Of a DNA stretch of 64,000 bases, positions 9,910 through 19,800 are shown one piece after another. Both the position numbers and the translations under genes were made by a program. Source of the stretch: Nitrospinae bacterium AH_259_B05_G02_I21 (GTDB lineage Bacteria; JADFOP01); contig JALLOF010000002.1 in assembly GCA_027717595.1 (NCBI GenBank), positions 29,324 through 93,323 on the forward strand. Direction: 5' to 3'. Each line of letters opens with the position of its first letter. The first letter of the stretch is position 1. The notes under the pieces were generated by a model. The model was not told where the DNA came from. It saw only the letters and a program-made list of their open reading frames with translations, and ran no database searches.

Positions 9910-10629
9910 TTACTTCACGAAGAACAGATACTTTAGCCAAGCATAAACGAATCGATAACCATCTCTCCAAATGTTTATCTTGGAATCCCCGTGCTTTCTT
10001 CGAAACTCATGGGTGGGGACCTCCACGTATCGATACCCCCTCCGTAGGGTCTTGATAATCATTTCTTCCTCAATGGTAGCCATGTTTTCCTGCAGCTCCA
10101 AGCCCAAAGCCACATCGCGCCTTATAGCCCGGAAGCCGTTTTGGCTGTCGGTTATGTGAACCTTGCAGACCCAGTTGATACCGATGGTTATGACGGCGTT
10201 TCCGGCCTGTCGCGCAAAAAGCTCTAACTTACCAAACAGCTCCTCGCTCCCTCCTAACATTCGAGAACCGCCCACATGATCCGCCTGGTCCTCCAGAATG
10301 GGACCAATGAGCTTAGGAATATCTCTTGGATCATGGGAACCATCGGCATCTATAAAGACCAATACATCGCCCGTAGCTTCTTTGACCCCGAGCCTTATAG
10401 CATCGCCCTTGCCCTTTCCATTATCCAGAGTAACCCAGACCCCGTAACTCTTAGCGATGTCTCGCGTCTTATCGGTCGAATGGCCGTCCACTACCAATAT
10501 TTCATCGGCGAACGGCTTCACCCCTTCAATAACCTCACCAACCGTTTTTTCTTCATTCTTGGTAGGAATGACAACGGAAATATTCACAGGGCTACGCACC
10601 CCTGAAACCCTCACCCTGGGGAACCCCAA
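9910..10629 (-). CDS. GT2 glycosyltransferase, dolichyl/polyprenyl-phosphate sugar synthase (DPM1-like)
   Basis: ISVVIPTKNEE...VVDGHSTD...DADGSHD, a GT-A DxD architecture typical of Dol-P-Man/Glc synthases. Confidence 0.75.
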   Translation of the reverse strand: MGFPRVRVSGVRSPVNISVVIPTKNEEKTVGEVIEGVKPFADEILVVDGHSTDKTRDIAKSYGVWVTLDNGKGKGDAIRLGVKEATGDVLVFIDADGSHDPRDIPKLIGPILEDQADHVGGSRMLGGSEELFGKLELFARQAGNAVITIGINWVCKVHITDSQNGFRAIRRDVALGLELQENMATIEEEMIIKTLRRGYRYVEVPTHEFRRKHGDSKINIWRDGYRFVYAWLKYLFFVK

Positions 10630-10700
10630 CGGCCATCACCGCCACGCTGGATGTCCCGGGAGGCGCGAGGCTCCACTTCCACAAGAAGTCTCCTCTTGAC

Positions 10701-11918
10701 CTAAGGCTCCACGGTTGAAGTGGGCACCTTGTGCCGCCCCTCTGGGCTGAGTTGAGCGCAGCCACGGAACCTTTCGTCCATGCGGCTACTGCTGGGTCCC
10801 GGCGCCCGAGGCACCTCGCGCCCTAAAAGTTCTTCATAGACGCCGGCCTCCCGGGCCTCCCAGATGGGCGCGTCGAACCGCCGGGCTTCCAGCAGTCCTT
10901 GCTTCGCACATCGGCGTGCCTCCCCGGGGTGGTCCAGAAGCCATTGAATAGCTCCTCTGAAGCCCTCTACCGTAGGAGCAACCCTGACCGCTGCTTGTCC
11001 GCCAATCTCTTGAAGGATCGGAATGTCTGATACTACGACGGGCAGACCGGCCGCCATTGCCTCAGCCACAGGCATGCAAAACCCTTCCAACAAAGTGGGC
11101 AGAGCGAAGAGGTCGGCGCGATGATAGGCACGATGAATCGCCGTATGGGGGATACGCTCGGTCAGCGCCAGTCGATCAGTCATTCCAAGACGGCGCGCAA
11201 GAGTCTCCAGGCGACCCCGCTCGGGCCCGCTACCAATGAAGTGAACTGCTACTTCCAGGGGAGCAACAGCTTCGAGCAGGCATGCCAGATTCTTTGAGGG
11301 GATGAAACGACTGACGGCCAAGATGGAGGGTGGGTCGTTTCGCGGCCACTGTTCCCCGTGCTCCGCCGTCGGAGCGAACCGGTCACATTCTATACGATTG
11401 TAAAGCAATTCGGGTCGTTGAGCGCCCATAGCCTGGGCATAACGCAGGACGTGTTCGCTAACGCAGAGTACCCGGTCAGCGCGCCGCAAGGTGTATTGTT
11501 CGAGAGCCCGCTCCACCGGCCCGAAACGGTTGCCCATCACTCGGCGCTTGTCACCAAAGTGAGTGTGGATGGATACCACAATTGGCCGTTTCCATCGCTG
11601 GGCTACGGCCACGGCTAGCGCGCCGCACCAGGACGGATCGTACGCCCTGATGACATCAGGCCGGACGGTTTTCACCACCCTGTTTAGCTCTCGCCAGACG
11701 GATGGCAGTGCCGTGGGCGACATGGCGCCAACGGGATGTACGGTGAGCCTCGCCTTGCCAAACGCCATATCCATGGGAGAAGGGTCTGATGGCTCCACCG
11801 TAAACTCGACCACATGTACCTCCTCGAAGGCATTCAGGGAGTTGTAGTAGCGATGTTTCAACTCACCCTTGGCATGATAGACCCTCAAAGGGCTAGCGAG
11901 GAAAACGCACAGCTTCAT
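10701..11918 (-). CDS. GT4 (GT-B) glycosyltransferase
   Basis: C-terminal glycos_transf_1 signature EGFCMPVAEAMAAGLPVVVSDIP; N-terminal GT4 donor-binding half. Confidence 0.8.
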   Translation of the reverse strand: MKLCVFLASPLRVYHAKGELKHRYYNSLNAFEEVHVVEFTVEPSDPSPMDMAFGKARLTVHPVGAMSPTALPSVWRELNRVVKTVRPDVIRAYDPSWCGALAVAVAQRWKRPIVVSIHTHFGDKRRVMGNRFGPVERALEQYTLRRADRVLCVSEHVLRYAQAMGAQRPELLYNRIECDRFAPTAEHGEQWPRNDPPSILAVSRFIPSKNLACLLEAVAPLEVAVHFIGSGPERGRLETLARRLGMTDRLALTERIPHTAIHRAYHRADLFALPTLLEGFCMPVAEAMAAGLPVVVSDIPILQEIGGQAAVRVAPTVEGFRGAIQWLLDHPGEARRCAKQGLLEARRFDAPIWEAREAGVYEELLGREVPRAPGPSSSRMDERFRGCAQLSPEGRHKVPTSTVEP

Positions 11919-12703
11919 TGCGCCTTACTGAAAGCTTGAGGATTTAGCACAACGGCCCCGCTCTTTCGCGGCGGGAGCAACCCAAGCCACCGGCGCACCT
12001 CATATTTCAGTCTAGGCCAAGGTTGCTGGATGGGCCCCCGAGACCACCCCACGTCGGGCCTCAATCCCACTAGTCCGACGAAGTAGCGGCGGTAAGGAAG
12101 TCCCTTTATTTCTGGTTGGTTGGGCGCAAGCGCTGCAATAGTGGGATCGGCAGCTATCTCCTCCCAGGAGGCCAGCCGGCCCTCCGGGTGCCGGAAGGCA
12201 TTTCTATAATAGGGATCGAATAAGTGCCACCGGCCATCCACATTTATGGCCGTAAGATAAAGCTTACCTTTCCTGGCCGGATCCTGCAGATAAAACCAAG
12301 TGCTGTTAAAGCCGGCATAGGTCGCTAGAGTACTCAAGACATCGTTGACTTGGTCTCCCGTGCCATAGCCCCGCACAATAATATGCCAAACGTGGTCATC
12401 CACTACTGGAAGTCCGGAGGGTTGGGGCTGGATATTTCGGACGGTCCAGTCAAAAAGAGCCATGACCCGCTCCTCATGGCTTCTTCGGCCCTCGAGAATT
12501 TCTCTTACCAGCTGCTTATAGTGCCAATGTCGAGTGATGAAACTCCCCACCTTTAGGTACAAAGGCAAGATTTTTTCCTGGAGTTCATAGTTTACCGCAA
12601 AGCGGGTGGCAACGGGTATTTGTCCGACCATAGCAGCCAAAATGGATATCAAAAAAAGGAGAACGAAGCCCCCGACGAGCGATTGTCGAGCTTTCCACCT
12701 CAT
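11915..12703 (-). CDS. membrane-anchored transglutaminase-like domain protein lacking the catalytic Cys and His (probably inactive paralog of 38624..39874)
   Basis: N-terminal TM helix. The core region GYGTGDQ...YLTAINVDGRWHLFDP aligns with GVGWCDQ...HTLLLVKHHGAWRVYDP of 38624..39874 but reads Cys->Gly/Thr and His->Tyr. The 4-bp overlap with the upstream GT4 start suggests co-translation. Confidence 0.45.
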   Translation of the reverse strand: MRWKARQSLVGGFVLLFLISILAAMVGQIPVATRFAVNYELQEKILPLYLKVGSFITRHWHYKQLVREILEGRRSHEERVMALFDWTVRNIQPQPSGLPVVDDHVWHIIVRGYGTGDQVNDVLSTLATYAGFNSTWFYLQDPARKGKLYLTAINVDGRWHLFDPYYRNAFRHPEGRLASWEEIAADPTIAALAPNQPEIKGLPYRRYFVGLVGLRPDVGWSRGPIQQPWPRLKYEVRRWLGLLPPRKSGAVVLNPQAFSKAQ

Positions 12704-12707
12704 ATAA

Positions 12708-14078
12708 TTAAGAATAATCCCTTAGCCTGGCTAAAAGCTCTGGTTCTCTTAGGAAATGGAAGACCCCAACTACGGCAAACATGAGGCAAAAGGGGATAAT
12801 CCAGTCCCTGTGGCGGAAGGCTTCTCCTATGTTGCCGCTAGTCAAAGCCAGAATTGACGGCAAGCTAATTACATACACTATCAACGGCAGAACCTGTTGG
12901 CGTCTCACCTTTAGCAAAATCCACGCTCCGTAGAGGACAAAAGGAAATAACCCGTACCAGAGGAGAATCTGAGGATAGGCCACAAGCTGACCCATGGACT
13001 TAATGGCCCAGGGGAAGGGGCTAAAGAGAAAATACCCTAACCCTTTTAGCCAGGAGCCTACCCACCCGAACCAGTAAATCTTATTCGGTCCCACATGGTA
13101 AGGAAACACGTTCCTAAAGGAGTCGTGGAAATAGAGGGAATAGCCGGCTAAATCGGACTTGACCACACCCAACTGGTAGTAGATCACCCGTTTGACGAGA
13201 AACTCCCTGACCATTGCCGCGACGGGCCCATTAGTCCAGTACAGCCAGGCCCCTCCTGCGAGGGTTGAGGCCGAGGCCAGGGCCACCTGCTTTGGATGCC
13301 TCCCCAATAACCACCCGAAAGCCACGGCGAACGCAAGGACGGCAGAGAGGTATGGGTTATAAGTCCCCAATATTGCTACTACCCCTCCGGCCGCCACAGC
13401 CCATAAAGCCCAGAACCTCCCATCACCGCAGAGGCGATAGGCGATCCAAAGCCCCACCATCAGGATGAAAATCATATGAGGCTCTTTGAGACCGGTTATT
13501 GACCAATATTGAAGGGAAGGATAGAAGGCGATAAGGCTCAAAACCAGAAGACCCGCCCTCCGGCCAAACTCGGACCTAGCCCAACGGTAAAAACCAAAGG
13601 TCGCGGCCAAACCCACACAGAGATTTAATACTTTGAGCAGAAAGAGGCTTGGGCGGGTCAATGCTATAACGACGCCGGAGAAATAGGTGTAGGCGTTAAC
13701 ACCGTGACGGAGGCTAAAGGGGACGTCCCTGTGCCCCCTCAAGTATTCGGAAAACTCTAACGCCCGCATGAAATAGAGCCCCTCGTCGCCAGACAAGAAA
13801 CCGTGGTAACCCTGGCCCTTCTTAACCAGATGTAAAGCGACGAGCAAGACCAGCCGAAAGGCCAGCGATAGACCAAGAACCCATAAGGCTACCCGTCGGT
13901 CCTCGGGAGGGGTCCAGCGGTACAATGCTAAACCTAAAAGGACCAAGGCCAAAGCCGCCAGGCTATAGGCGGGATCCAAAAGGACACATATTGTTCCCAC
14001 CCCCGCCAACACCAGCCCAAAGGCCAGCGGCATGTAATCCACCAAGCCCACCTCTTCTAGCGATAGCTTCACGGCCAA
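12708..14078 (-). CDS. GT-C fold polytopic membrane glycosyltransferase (ArnT/PMT_2-like, putative)
   Basis: 456 aa, multi-TM; first-loop motif FLSGDEGLYFMRALEF (DE-x-x-Y) is typical of polyprenyl-P-sugar dependent GT-C transferases. Confidence 0.5.
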   Translation of the reverse strand: MAVKLSLEEVGLVDYMPLAFGLVLAGVGTICVLLDPAYSLAALALVLLGLALYRWTPPEDRRVALWVLGLSLAFRLVLLVALHLVKKGQGYHGFLSGDEGLYFMRALEFSEYLRGHRDVPFSLRHGVNAYTYFSGVVIALTRPSLFLLKVLNLCVGLAATFGFYRWARSEFGRRAGLLVLSLIAFYPSLQYWSITGLKEPHMIFILMVGLWIAYRLCGDGRFWALWAVAAGGVVAILGTYNPYLSAVLAFAVAFGWLLGRHPKQVALASASTLAGGAWLYWTNGPVAAMVREFLVKRVIYYQLGVVKSDLAGYSLYFHDSFRNVFPYHVGPNKIYWFGWVGSWLKGLGYFLFSPFPWAIKSMGQLVAYPQILLWYGLFPFVLYGAWILLKVRRQQVLPLIVYVISLPSILALTSGNIGEAFRHRDWIIPFCLMFAVVGVFHFLREPELLARLRDYS

Positions 14079-15316
14079 CGCCCGTTCTGCGCCAAGGCTG
14101 AAGCAGCTGTCTTCAAGCCGTACCTAGCGTAAAGCCCCTCGTAGCGGCTCAACCCCACCTCTAGGGAGAAGTACCGAAGGGCCACCTCCCGGCACCGCTG
14201 CCTCAGGGAAGGACCCTCCTCCAGCAGGGCCAAGAGCTCCCGGGCCGCCTGGTCGTATGCCTCCTCGGTCCAGGCCGATACTATCACACCCACCCGCTCG
14301 CGGCGCACCAGGTCCTCCGTATCTCCTACTCCAGGATTAATAACAACAGGTAGCCCACAGGCCAGGGACTCCCCCATCTTGGTAGGGCAGGAGGCCCGCT
14401 TCGAAGAGACCGGTTTGATGAAAAATATCGAGGCATGGGCCTCCTGAGCGTTTTCAGGGACGGTTTCATAGGGAACTTCGCGCACCAGGAAAGCCGACTC
14501 ATCTATTCCTAGAGTCGATGCAACCCCATATATGGTCTCGGGTGGGCTTGGGGTGAGGAAGGTAAATCTGGCGTCGGGCCTAAGGCCGCGAAGAGCCTTG
14601 AAGAAGGATAGCATCTCGTCCAGCATGTACCAAGTGCCCACAGAGCCTAGGTAAAGGAGGTTCGGCCCTTCCGACCCCATCTCCGGTCCCTCGTTAGGCC
14701 TAAAGCGGTCGCAATCCACACAGGTGGGTATCACGTGAACAGGGGGAAGTTCATAACCACTCTTTTGGGCCCAATCCATCAGCACCGCTCGGCCGGCCTC
14801 TGAGAGGGAAACGATCTGGTCGGCCTCGGCAAGAAGCCGTCCCTCCATGAGCTTGGCAGCCCGGTATAGAATCCCTCCTTGTAGCCATAGGCCCCCCTCA
14901 ACCCGCTCGTCAGCGAAGAAACCCCGCATGTCGAAGATGAAAGGGACGCCACAGAGCCGCTTCAACAACCACGCCATGGTAGCGGCGACGTAACTTCTGG
15001 CATGGACCACTTGAAGGCGGTCCTCCCGGACCAGACGACTCGCCACCACGACGCCTCGGACCATGTCGTAAAGGGTGGCTGGAAGAGAAGGATGCTGATG
15101 GTACCGTAACGGGTACCAGCGAAGCCCCGCATCCTTGAGACTCTGCTCGAGCCTTTCCCGTCGCTTTAGGTCCGATAAGCGGCTTGGTTTCTCGAAAGAA
15201 AGGAGGCTCAATTGAAGGCCACGGCGTGCGAGGCCTGTTAGATACGGAACAACTTGAGACTGGCCCAAAGGGTCTAGGGCCCCGTCATAGCTAATATAAA
15301 GACTTCTTACTCCCAC
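14069..15316 (-). CDS. GT4 (GT-B) glycosyltransferase
   Basis: C-terminal KMGESLACGLPVVINPGVGD and the E-x7-E region; GT4 fold throughout. Confidence 0.8.
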   Translation of the reverse strand: MGVRSLYISYDGALDPLGQSQVVPYLTGLARRGLQLSLLSFEKPSRLSDLKRRERLEQSLKDAGLRWYPLRYHQHPSLPATLYDMVRGVVVASRLVREDRLQVVHARSYVAATMAWLLKRLCGVPFIFDMRGFFADERVEGGLWLQGGILYRAAKLMEGRLLAEADQIVSLSEAGRAVLMDWAQKSGYELPPVHVIPTCVDCDRFRPNEGPEMGSEGPNLLYLGSVGTWYMLDEMLSFFKALRGLRPDARFTFLTPSPPETIYGVASTLGIDESAFLVREVPYETVPENAQEAHASIFFIKPVSSKRASCPTKMGESLACGLPVVINPGVGDTEDLVRRERVGVIVSAWTEEAYDQAARELLALLEEGPSLRQRCREVALRYFSLEVGLSRYEGLYARYGLKTAASALAQNGRWP

Positions 15317-15392
15317 CGCTCAGATGTTAACGAAGGTCAGCTCGAAATACTGTTTCCTAGTGGGCGCTGGCTACACAAATGAACCGAATTCT

Positions 15393-17336
15393 TCAGGAAG
15401 GCTTCCTGATTTGGCCAAGCCACCGTTTGAGCGCTTGACATCCGTAAACAAAGCCGACGATTACACAAATATAGGCCAGAGGCGTTACCACACCCCGATG
15501 GCGAACGTTCTTTGCGGCAATCACGGCATAAAGGGAAAAGGTATAAAGGAGGTATGCTACCACAAGGCGGTGCTCTAATTGTTTCTGCCTGACTAAAATC
15601 CAGAAGCCTACAGCCAGCAGGGCATAGCCGTAAAGGTTGAGCGCAATGGGGTAGCGATACACGTAGCCACTGGAAGGATTGACTAGGAAGATGGGATCGA
15701 ATAGGCCGAAGTTAGGCTCGATGATGAAGCGCACCCCTCGTTTTACGAACCCCGAGGCCAAAAGGCTTAAAACCTGAAACGGTTCTTGCACAAGGACAAC
15801 GAGAGAGCGCAGAACATCCACGAAAGGGTTAAAACCCATAGCCACGAGTGCCTGATTCTCCGGCCCTCCATAAGGGCCCTCGAAGGTTACCGCCGCCTCG
15901 GCTGTGCCGAAGGTAAAGGCTCCATATAGCTGCCAGTTGTAGAGGCAGCCAAGCAGATAGATGGCGACGAAGCCCGCTAGGTAGCCGGCCGCTGCACCCA
16001 TCGCTCCGCGCAGTCCAAAGCGTCCTCGGCCCCAACATAGGAACACCAGGACTACCACCAGTGGAAAAAAAATAACCTCATTGCGCACGGCATAAGCAAC
16101 CCCCAGCATGCCACCCAATCCCAGGGCCACAAACAGGCGGCGGATGGCCTCTGTGCGGACCGCCCATACAACCAGCACCAAGTGAACCATCATGAAGGGG
16201 ATAAAAAGGGCCTCCATCCCGACAACGGCCGAAAGAAATGTGAGATTCATGCTGAGCACTGAAAGAAGCGCAGCACCTAGGGCCACGGTAGGTCCAGCGA
16301 GCCAGCGGCCTATAAGGAACGCACAAACGGGAACCACCGCCCCGAAAATGGCCTGGACAAATGCAACAGCCAGATAGTTGTTCAGGCCGAAGAGCCGATA
16401 GATAAAGCCAAGGAAGTGCCAGTAACCGAGCCCGCCCATGTAAAGGGCGCTACCCTTCGGGATGTTTTGGCCCTGGGCGATCATAGCGGCATAGCGCCCA
16501 TATGCTTGGCCGTCGTCGCTGGCCAGAAGAAAATCAGCACCAGTAAGGTGGACAATCCGCCAGGCAAAGGCAAGGCGCACGAAAAGAGCCAGGATGAAAA
16601 TGCCTCCCGCTACCAATGCCGGTCTCTCGACGACAAGCCGGGTGAGCCACTCACCTGTAACTCTCAAATTGGCCCACCTCAGGCGATCTCTCGTCGCCCA
16701 CCCGGCCAACCCACCGGCGGCCATAACACCCACCAATGGCCATAAGCCGACGAAGGCTAGAAGCAAAGCAGAGCCGCCCGCCGCAGCCCAGAGGAAGGGT
16801 GCCACGATGGCCCTAACCCAGTTGGACTCCATAGCGCTTCTTCGTGTAAGGCACCCTGCAGCGTATGCCACCGTCCCCAAGATAACCGCACCGTAGGCCA
16901 TTGCATACCATCCGAAAATTCGTCGCGCCTCGCGGAAGGGATGTTCAATAGCCGCGCCGTGGAAGAGTTCTGCTAACAACCCCACAAGCTGTGCCGCAAG
17001 CCCTACGATCACTACAAAACCCACCATGGCCCAGACTGATTTTCGAAGCATCCACGCCAGGGCCACCCCATAGAGCAAAAGGATAGCCACGCTCGGCAAC
17101 GGCATTATCAGGTGTACAGTATGTGTAGGCGCATACTTAGGGTAGACGGTGCTGAAATGGAACCGACCATCGAGACCCAAAGCGGTGACGGCCACTAAAG
17201 CGAGAACTGCCGCGGCAGTGAGTATCCAGACCCTCCCCTGGACCGCCGGGCTAGTTAGGCTTAGCTCGTCACCCATGTCCGTCTTGCCGCCCATCATCTG
17301 GCTCCTGAGGCGTTGCAAATAATACCAGCTCGTCAT
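15393..17336 (-). CDS. large polytopic membrane protein, GT-C-like glycosyltransferase (putative)
   Basis: 647 aa with more than 12 hydrophobic helices; loop motif LASDDGQAYGRYAAMIAQG (acidic dyad plus aromatic). The start is probably an internal Met. Confidence 0.45.
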   Translation of the reverse strand: MTSWYYLQRLRSQMMGGKTDMGDELSLTSPAVQGRVWILTAAAVLALVAVTALGLDGRFHFSTVYPKYAPTHTVHLIMPLPSVAILLLYGVALAWMLRKSVWAMVGFVVIVGLAAQLVGLLAELFHGAAIEHPFREARRIFGWYAMAYGAVILGTVAYAAGCLTRRSAMESNWVRAIVAPFLWAAAGGSALLLAFVGLWPLVGVMAAGGLAGWATRDRLRWANLRVTGEWLTRLVVERPALVAGGIFILALFVRLAFAWRIVHLTGADFLLASDDGQAYGRYAAMIAQGQNIPKGSALYMGGLGYWHFLGFIYRLFGLNNYLAVAFVQAIFGAVVPVCAFLIGRWLAGPTVALGAALLSVLSMNLTFLSAVVGMEALFIPFMMVHLVLVVWAVRTEAIRRLFVALGLGGMLGVAYAVRNEVIFFPLVVVLVFLCWGRGRFGLRGAMGAAAGYLAGFVAIYLLGCLYNWQLYGAFTFGTAEAAVTFEGPYGGPENQALVAMGFNPFVDVLRSLVVLVQEPFQVLSLLASGFVKRGVRFIIEPNFGLFDPIFLVNPSSGYVYRYPIALNLYGYALLAVGFWILVRQKQLEHRLVVAYLLYTFSLYAVIAAKNVRHRGVVTPLAYICVIVGFVYGCQALKRWLGQIRKPS

Positions 17337-18333
17337 ACCTGCCTACCCATCTCCCTACCAGTTGGGCACACCGCACGCCCTCCTGAATAAAGATATCAGC
17401 GAGCCGATTTCTCCTCATGCGGTGAGCGACGGCCTGTCTGAGGTCGAGGGCATCTATCTCGACAACCTCCTGTCCGTAGACGTGTACTACTCGATAGCCG
17501 GCCTTTGTTAGGGCCCGCCGTATAGCCGTCTCGCTGAACTGATAGAGATGCATAGAAGGACTATCAGTTTGAAAAAGAACCTCCAAAGGCCAGGTCAGCT
17601 TGTTGGCAGAAAGCCAGTGGGCCCAGTAGGTGAGGCGGTGGATTAGGCCGTCGACATTGGGCACTATCACGACGAGGAGGCCATTCGCCGCCAATCGGCT
17701 CTGGAGGCGACGCAGATTGTCAAATGGGTTGGGAAGGTGCTCTAATACGTTCGCCAAGAGGATGATGTCGTACAGGCCCGGGAGCTCTTCGGCCGAGGCG
17801 ACATCCCCCTCACGCACGTTAAGGCCGCGTTTGTCGCGGGCGATGGCCACCACCTCCTTTGACGGCTCCAAGCCCAAAACCTCAAAACCGGCCTTTGCTG
17901 CCACCTCCAGAAACCACCCAAAGGAGCAGCCGATATCGAGGACTCGCCCTGTCTGGAGAAATCGCTGGATTTCCTTCACCAGCCGGGTGAATGTCCGGCG
18001 CCGAAAGGGCCCATAATACTCCTCGAAGAGGCCCAGCTCAATCGGGTCATAGTAACGCTCAGGGAAGGAGGCACCCTTCTTGACCTGAAAGGAAACTAGG
18101 CGACAGGTCAAGCACTGATCGGCGTGCCCTCGATCTAGTGCCGCCACGGTCCGGTGCCGCACACCGTCGCATACAGGACAACTGGACGAGTCCTGGTGGG
18201 CCTGCAAAGTCTGCTGTTGAGCAAACCGCCGTCCCATCCCATCACCTGTTAAATCCAGCAGCAGCAATCCAGCCAAAAACCCCCAAATTCTTGAACTCCT
18301 CCACCACAACGCGGCCAAAGCCGACCTTTTCAA
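17269..18333 (-). CDS. class I SAM-dependent methyltransferase with N-terminal zinc-ribbon
   Basis: CPVCDG...CLTCRLVSF zinc ribbon; motif I VLDIGCSFGWF; VLGLEPS; IILLANVLEHL. The real start is probably near 18237 (MGRRF...). Confidence 0.7.
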   Translation of the reverse strand: MKRSALAALWWRSSRIWGFLAGLLLLDLTGDGMGRRFAQQQTLQAHQDSSSCPVCDGVRHRTVAALDRGHADQCLTCRLVSFQVKKGASFPERYYDPIELGLFEEYYGPFRRRTFTRLVKEIQRFLQTGRVLDIGCSFGWFLEVAAKAGFEVLGLEPSKEVVAIARDKRGLNVREGDVASAEELPGLYDIILLANVLEHLPNPFDNLRRLQSRLAANGLLVVIVPNVDGLIHRLTYWAHWLSANKLTWPLEVLFQTDSPSMHLYQFSETAIRRALTKAGYRVVHVYGQEVVEIDALDLRQAVAHRMRRNRLADIFIQEGVRCAQLVGRWVGRYDELVLFATPQEPDDGRQDGHG

Positions 18334-19636
18334 ACACCTCGCGCAGCTCCTTAGTCCGGTAGAGCTTGTAATAGCCCTCTTCGTTAAAATAGGACTCGAT
18401 CCTGGGCCCTAACAGGCGTACAGTCTCGAGCAAAGCCTTCCACGCCCACCCGTCATCTGGAACTATGGCTATGGTTACGCGAGCAACCCGCTTCATCTCC
18501 TTGACCACACTAACTGGGTCTTCAAAATGCTCCAGCGTCCCAGCGTTCCAGCACAAATCGAATTTCTTATCCTCGAACGGCATCTGCAGAATCGATTCCT
18601 GATGAACGGTTATGGGTGCGCTGGCGAGTTCGGCCTGGCGTTTCGCTAAGGCAATAGCGTCGGGAGATATGTCAAGCGCAGCGATGCTATCCCCACGCTT
18701 TTTGTGCAACATGATGGACGCCAGGGCCGAGCCACATCCCGCCTCAAGGATCCTGCCCGGCTCGGTGTGCTTCATTGCAAATTTGACAAAGTTCCTAACC
18801 CAATAGTGTTTCCTGAAAAGCAGGAGAAACTTTCCAAAGAGAGTCTGTCTCTGGACAACCCAGTGGGGACCCCAGTCCCTGGTCCGGCTTGCGGCCCCCC
18901 CGGAGACATTTTCCATGGAGGATTTCGCGAACGAGCGCCGATGGATGAAAAGGTGCAGGACTGTCTGGAGGTACTGGCGGCTCATGCGGGCAATGGACAG
19001 CTTGCTTACCCCGCTTTCTCGACCATACCAGCGCACTGGAATCTGGACCATGGAAAAACCGAGCAGGTGGGCCTTTATGGGCAGCTCCACGGTGATGTTG
19101 AAGTAGTCGGACTCGACGGGCTCGATGGCCCGAATAGCTCGCATGCTGTACGCTTTGAAAGCGTTGGTAATATCGTTGGACTTCACACCAAAGAGCCATT
19201 TAATGCCCCAGTTTGCCAGCCTGTTGACAATGAGTTTCAAGTGAGGGTAGTCCTTGTGCGAGCCACCCGGGATGAAGCGGGAGCCGTAGACGACATCGTA
19301 TCCCTCGTGAATTTTACGGGCCATGGCGACGACATCTTCGGAGTCGTCGGAGTGATCGCCCATTACGAAACATATGGCGTCGCCCGTCGACGCCTCAATA
19401 CCCGCCCGCAGGGCTTTCCCGAAACCCGGTTCGCTCGCCCTGTGAACGGCTCTGACCTCAGGGTACTGCGCGGTCAACTCCTCCATAATAACCCTTGTTC
19501 CGTCGGTACTGTTGTCCTGAATCACGATTACTTCATAGAAAATATCCACACGCTTGAAGGCCTCGATTAGCTCCTCCACCACTTGGCGGATAGTGTCTTC
19601 TTCGTTGTGAGCCGGGATAATTATGGAAAATTTCAT
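18242..19636 (-). CDS. bifunctional fusion: N-terminal DPM1-like GT2 + C-terminal SAM methyltransferase
   Basis: N-terminus FSIIIPAHNEEDTI...DNSTDGT...MGDHSDD (GT2); C-terminus ILEAGCGSALASIM...ALDISPDAIALA...WNAGTLEHF (methyltransferase motifs I-III). Confidence 0.75.
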   Translation of the reverse strand: MKFSIIIPAHNEEDTIRQVVEELIEAFKRVDIFYEVIVIQDNSTDGTRVIMEELTAQYPEVRAVHRASEPGFGKALRAGIEASTGDAICFVMGDHSDDSEDVVAMARKIHEGYDVVYGSRFIPGGSHKDYPHLKLIVNRLANWGIKWLFGVKSNDITNAFKAYSMRAIRAIEPVESDYFNITVELPIKAHLLGFSMVQIPVRWYGRESGVSKLSIARMSRQYLQTVLHLFIHRRSFAKSSMENVSGGAASRTRDWGPHWVVQRQTLFGKFLLLFRKHYWVRNFVKFAMKHTEPGRILEAGCGSALASIMLHKKRGDSIAALDISPDAIALAKRQAELASAPITVHQESILQMPFEDKKFDLCWNAGTLEHFEDPVSVVKEMKRVARVTIAIVPDDGWAWKALLETVRLLGPRIESYFNEEGYYKLYRTKELREVFEKVGFGRVVVEEFKNLGVFGWIAAAGFNR

Positions 19637-19800
19637 GACAAACTAGATTCTCAGACCTTTAGGCGTTGGGGATTGTATTAAGGAAGCTTTGGCCTCCAAG
19701 GGAGGGGGCCCGCCTTCCACTTCAGCCTGGTTCACCCTTAGAGACTGCGAGGCTATCACTTTTTCCTCTTCGCACTGATAGCGTCCGTTCAATGACACTT

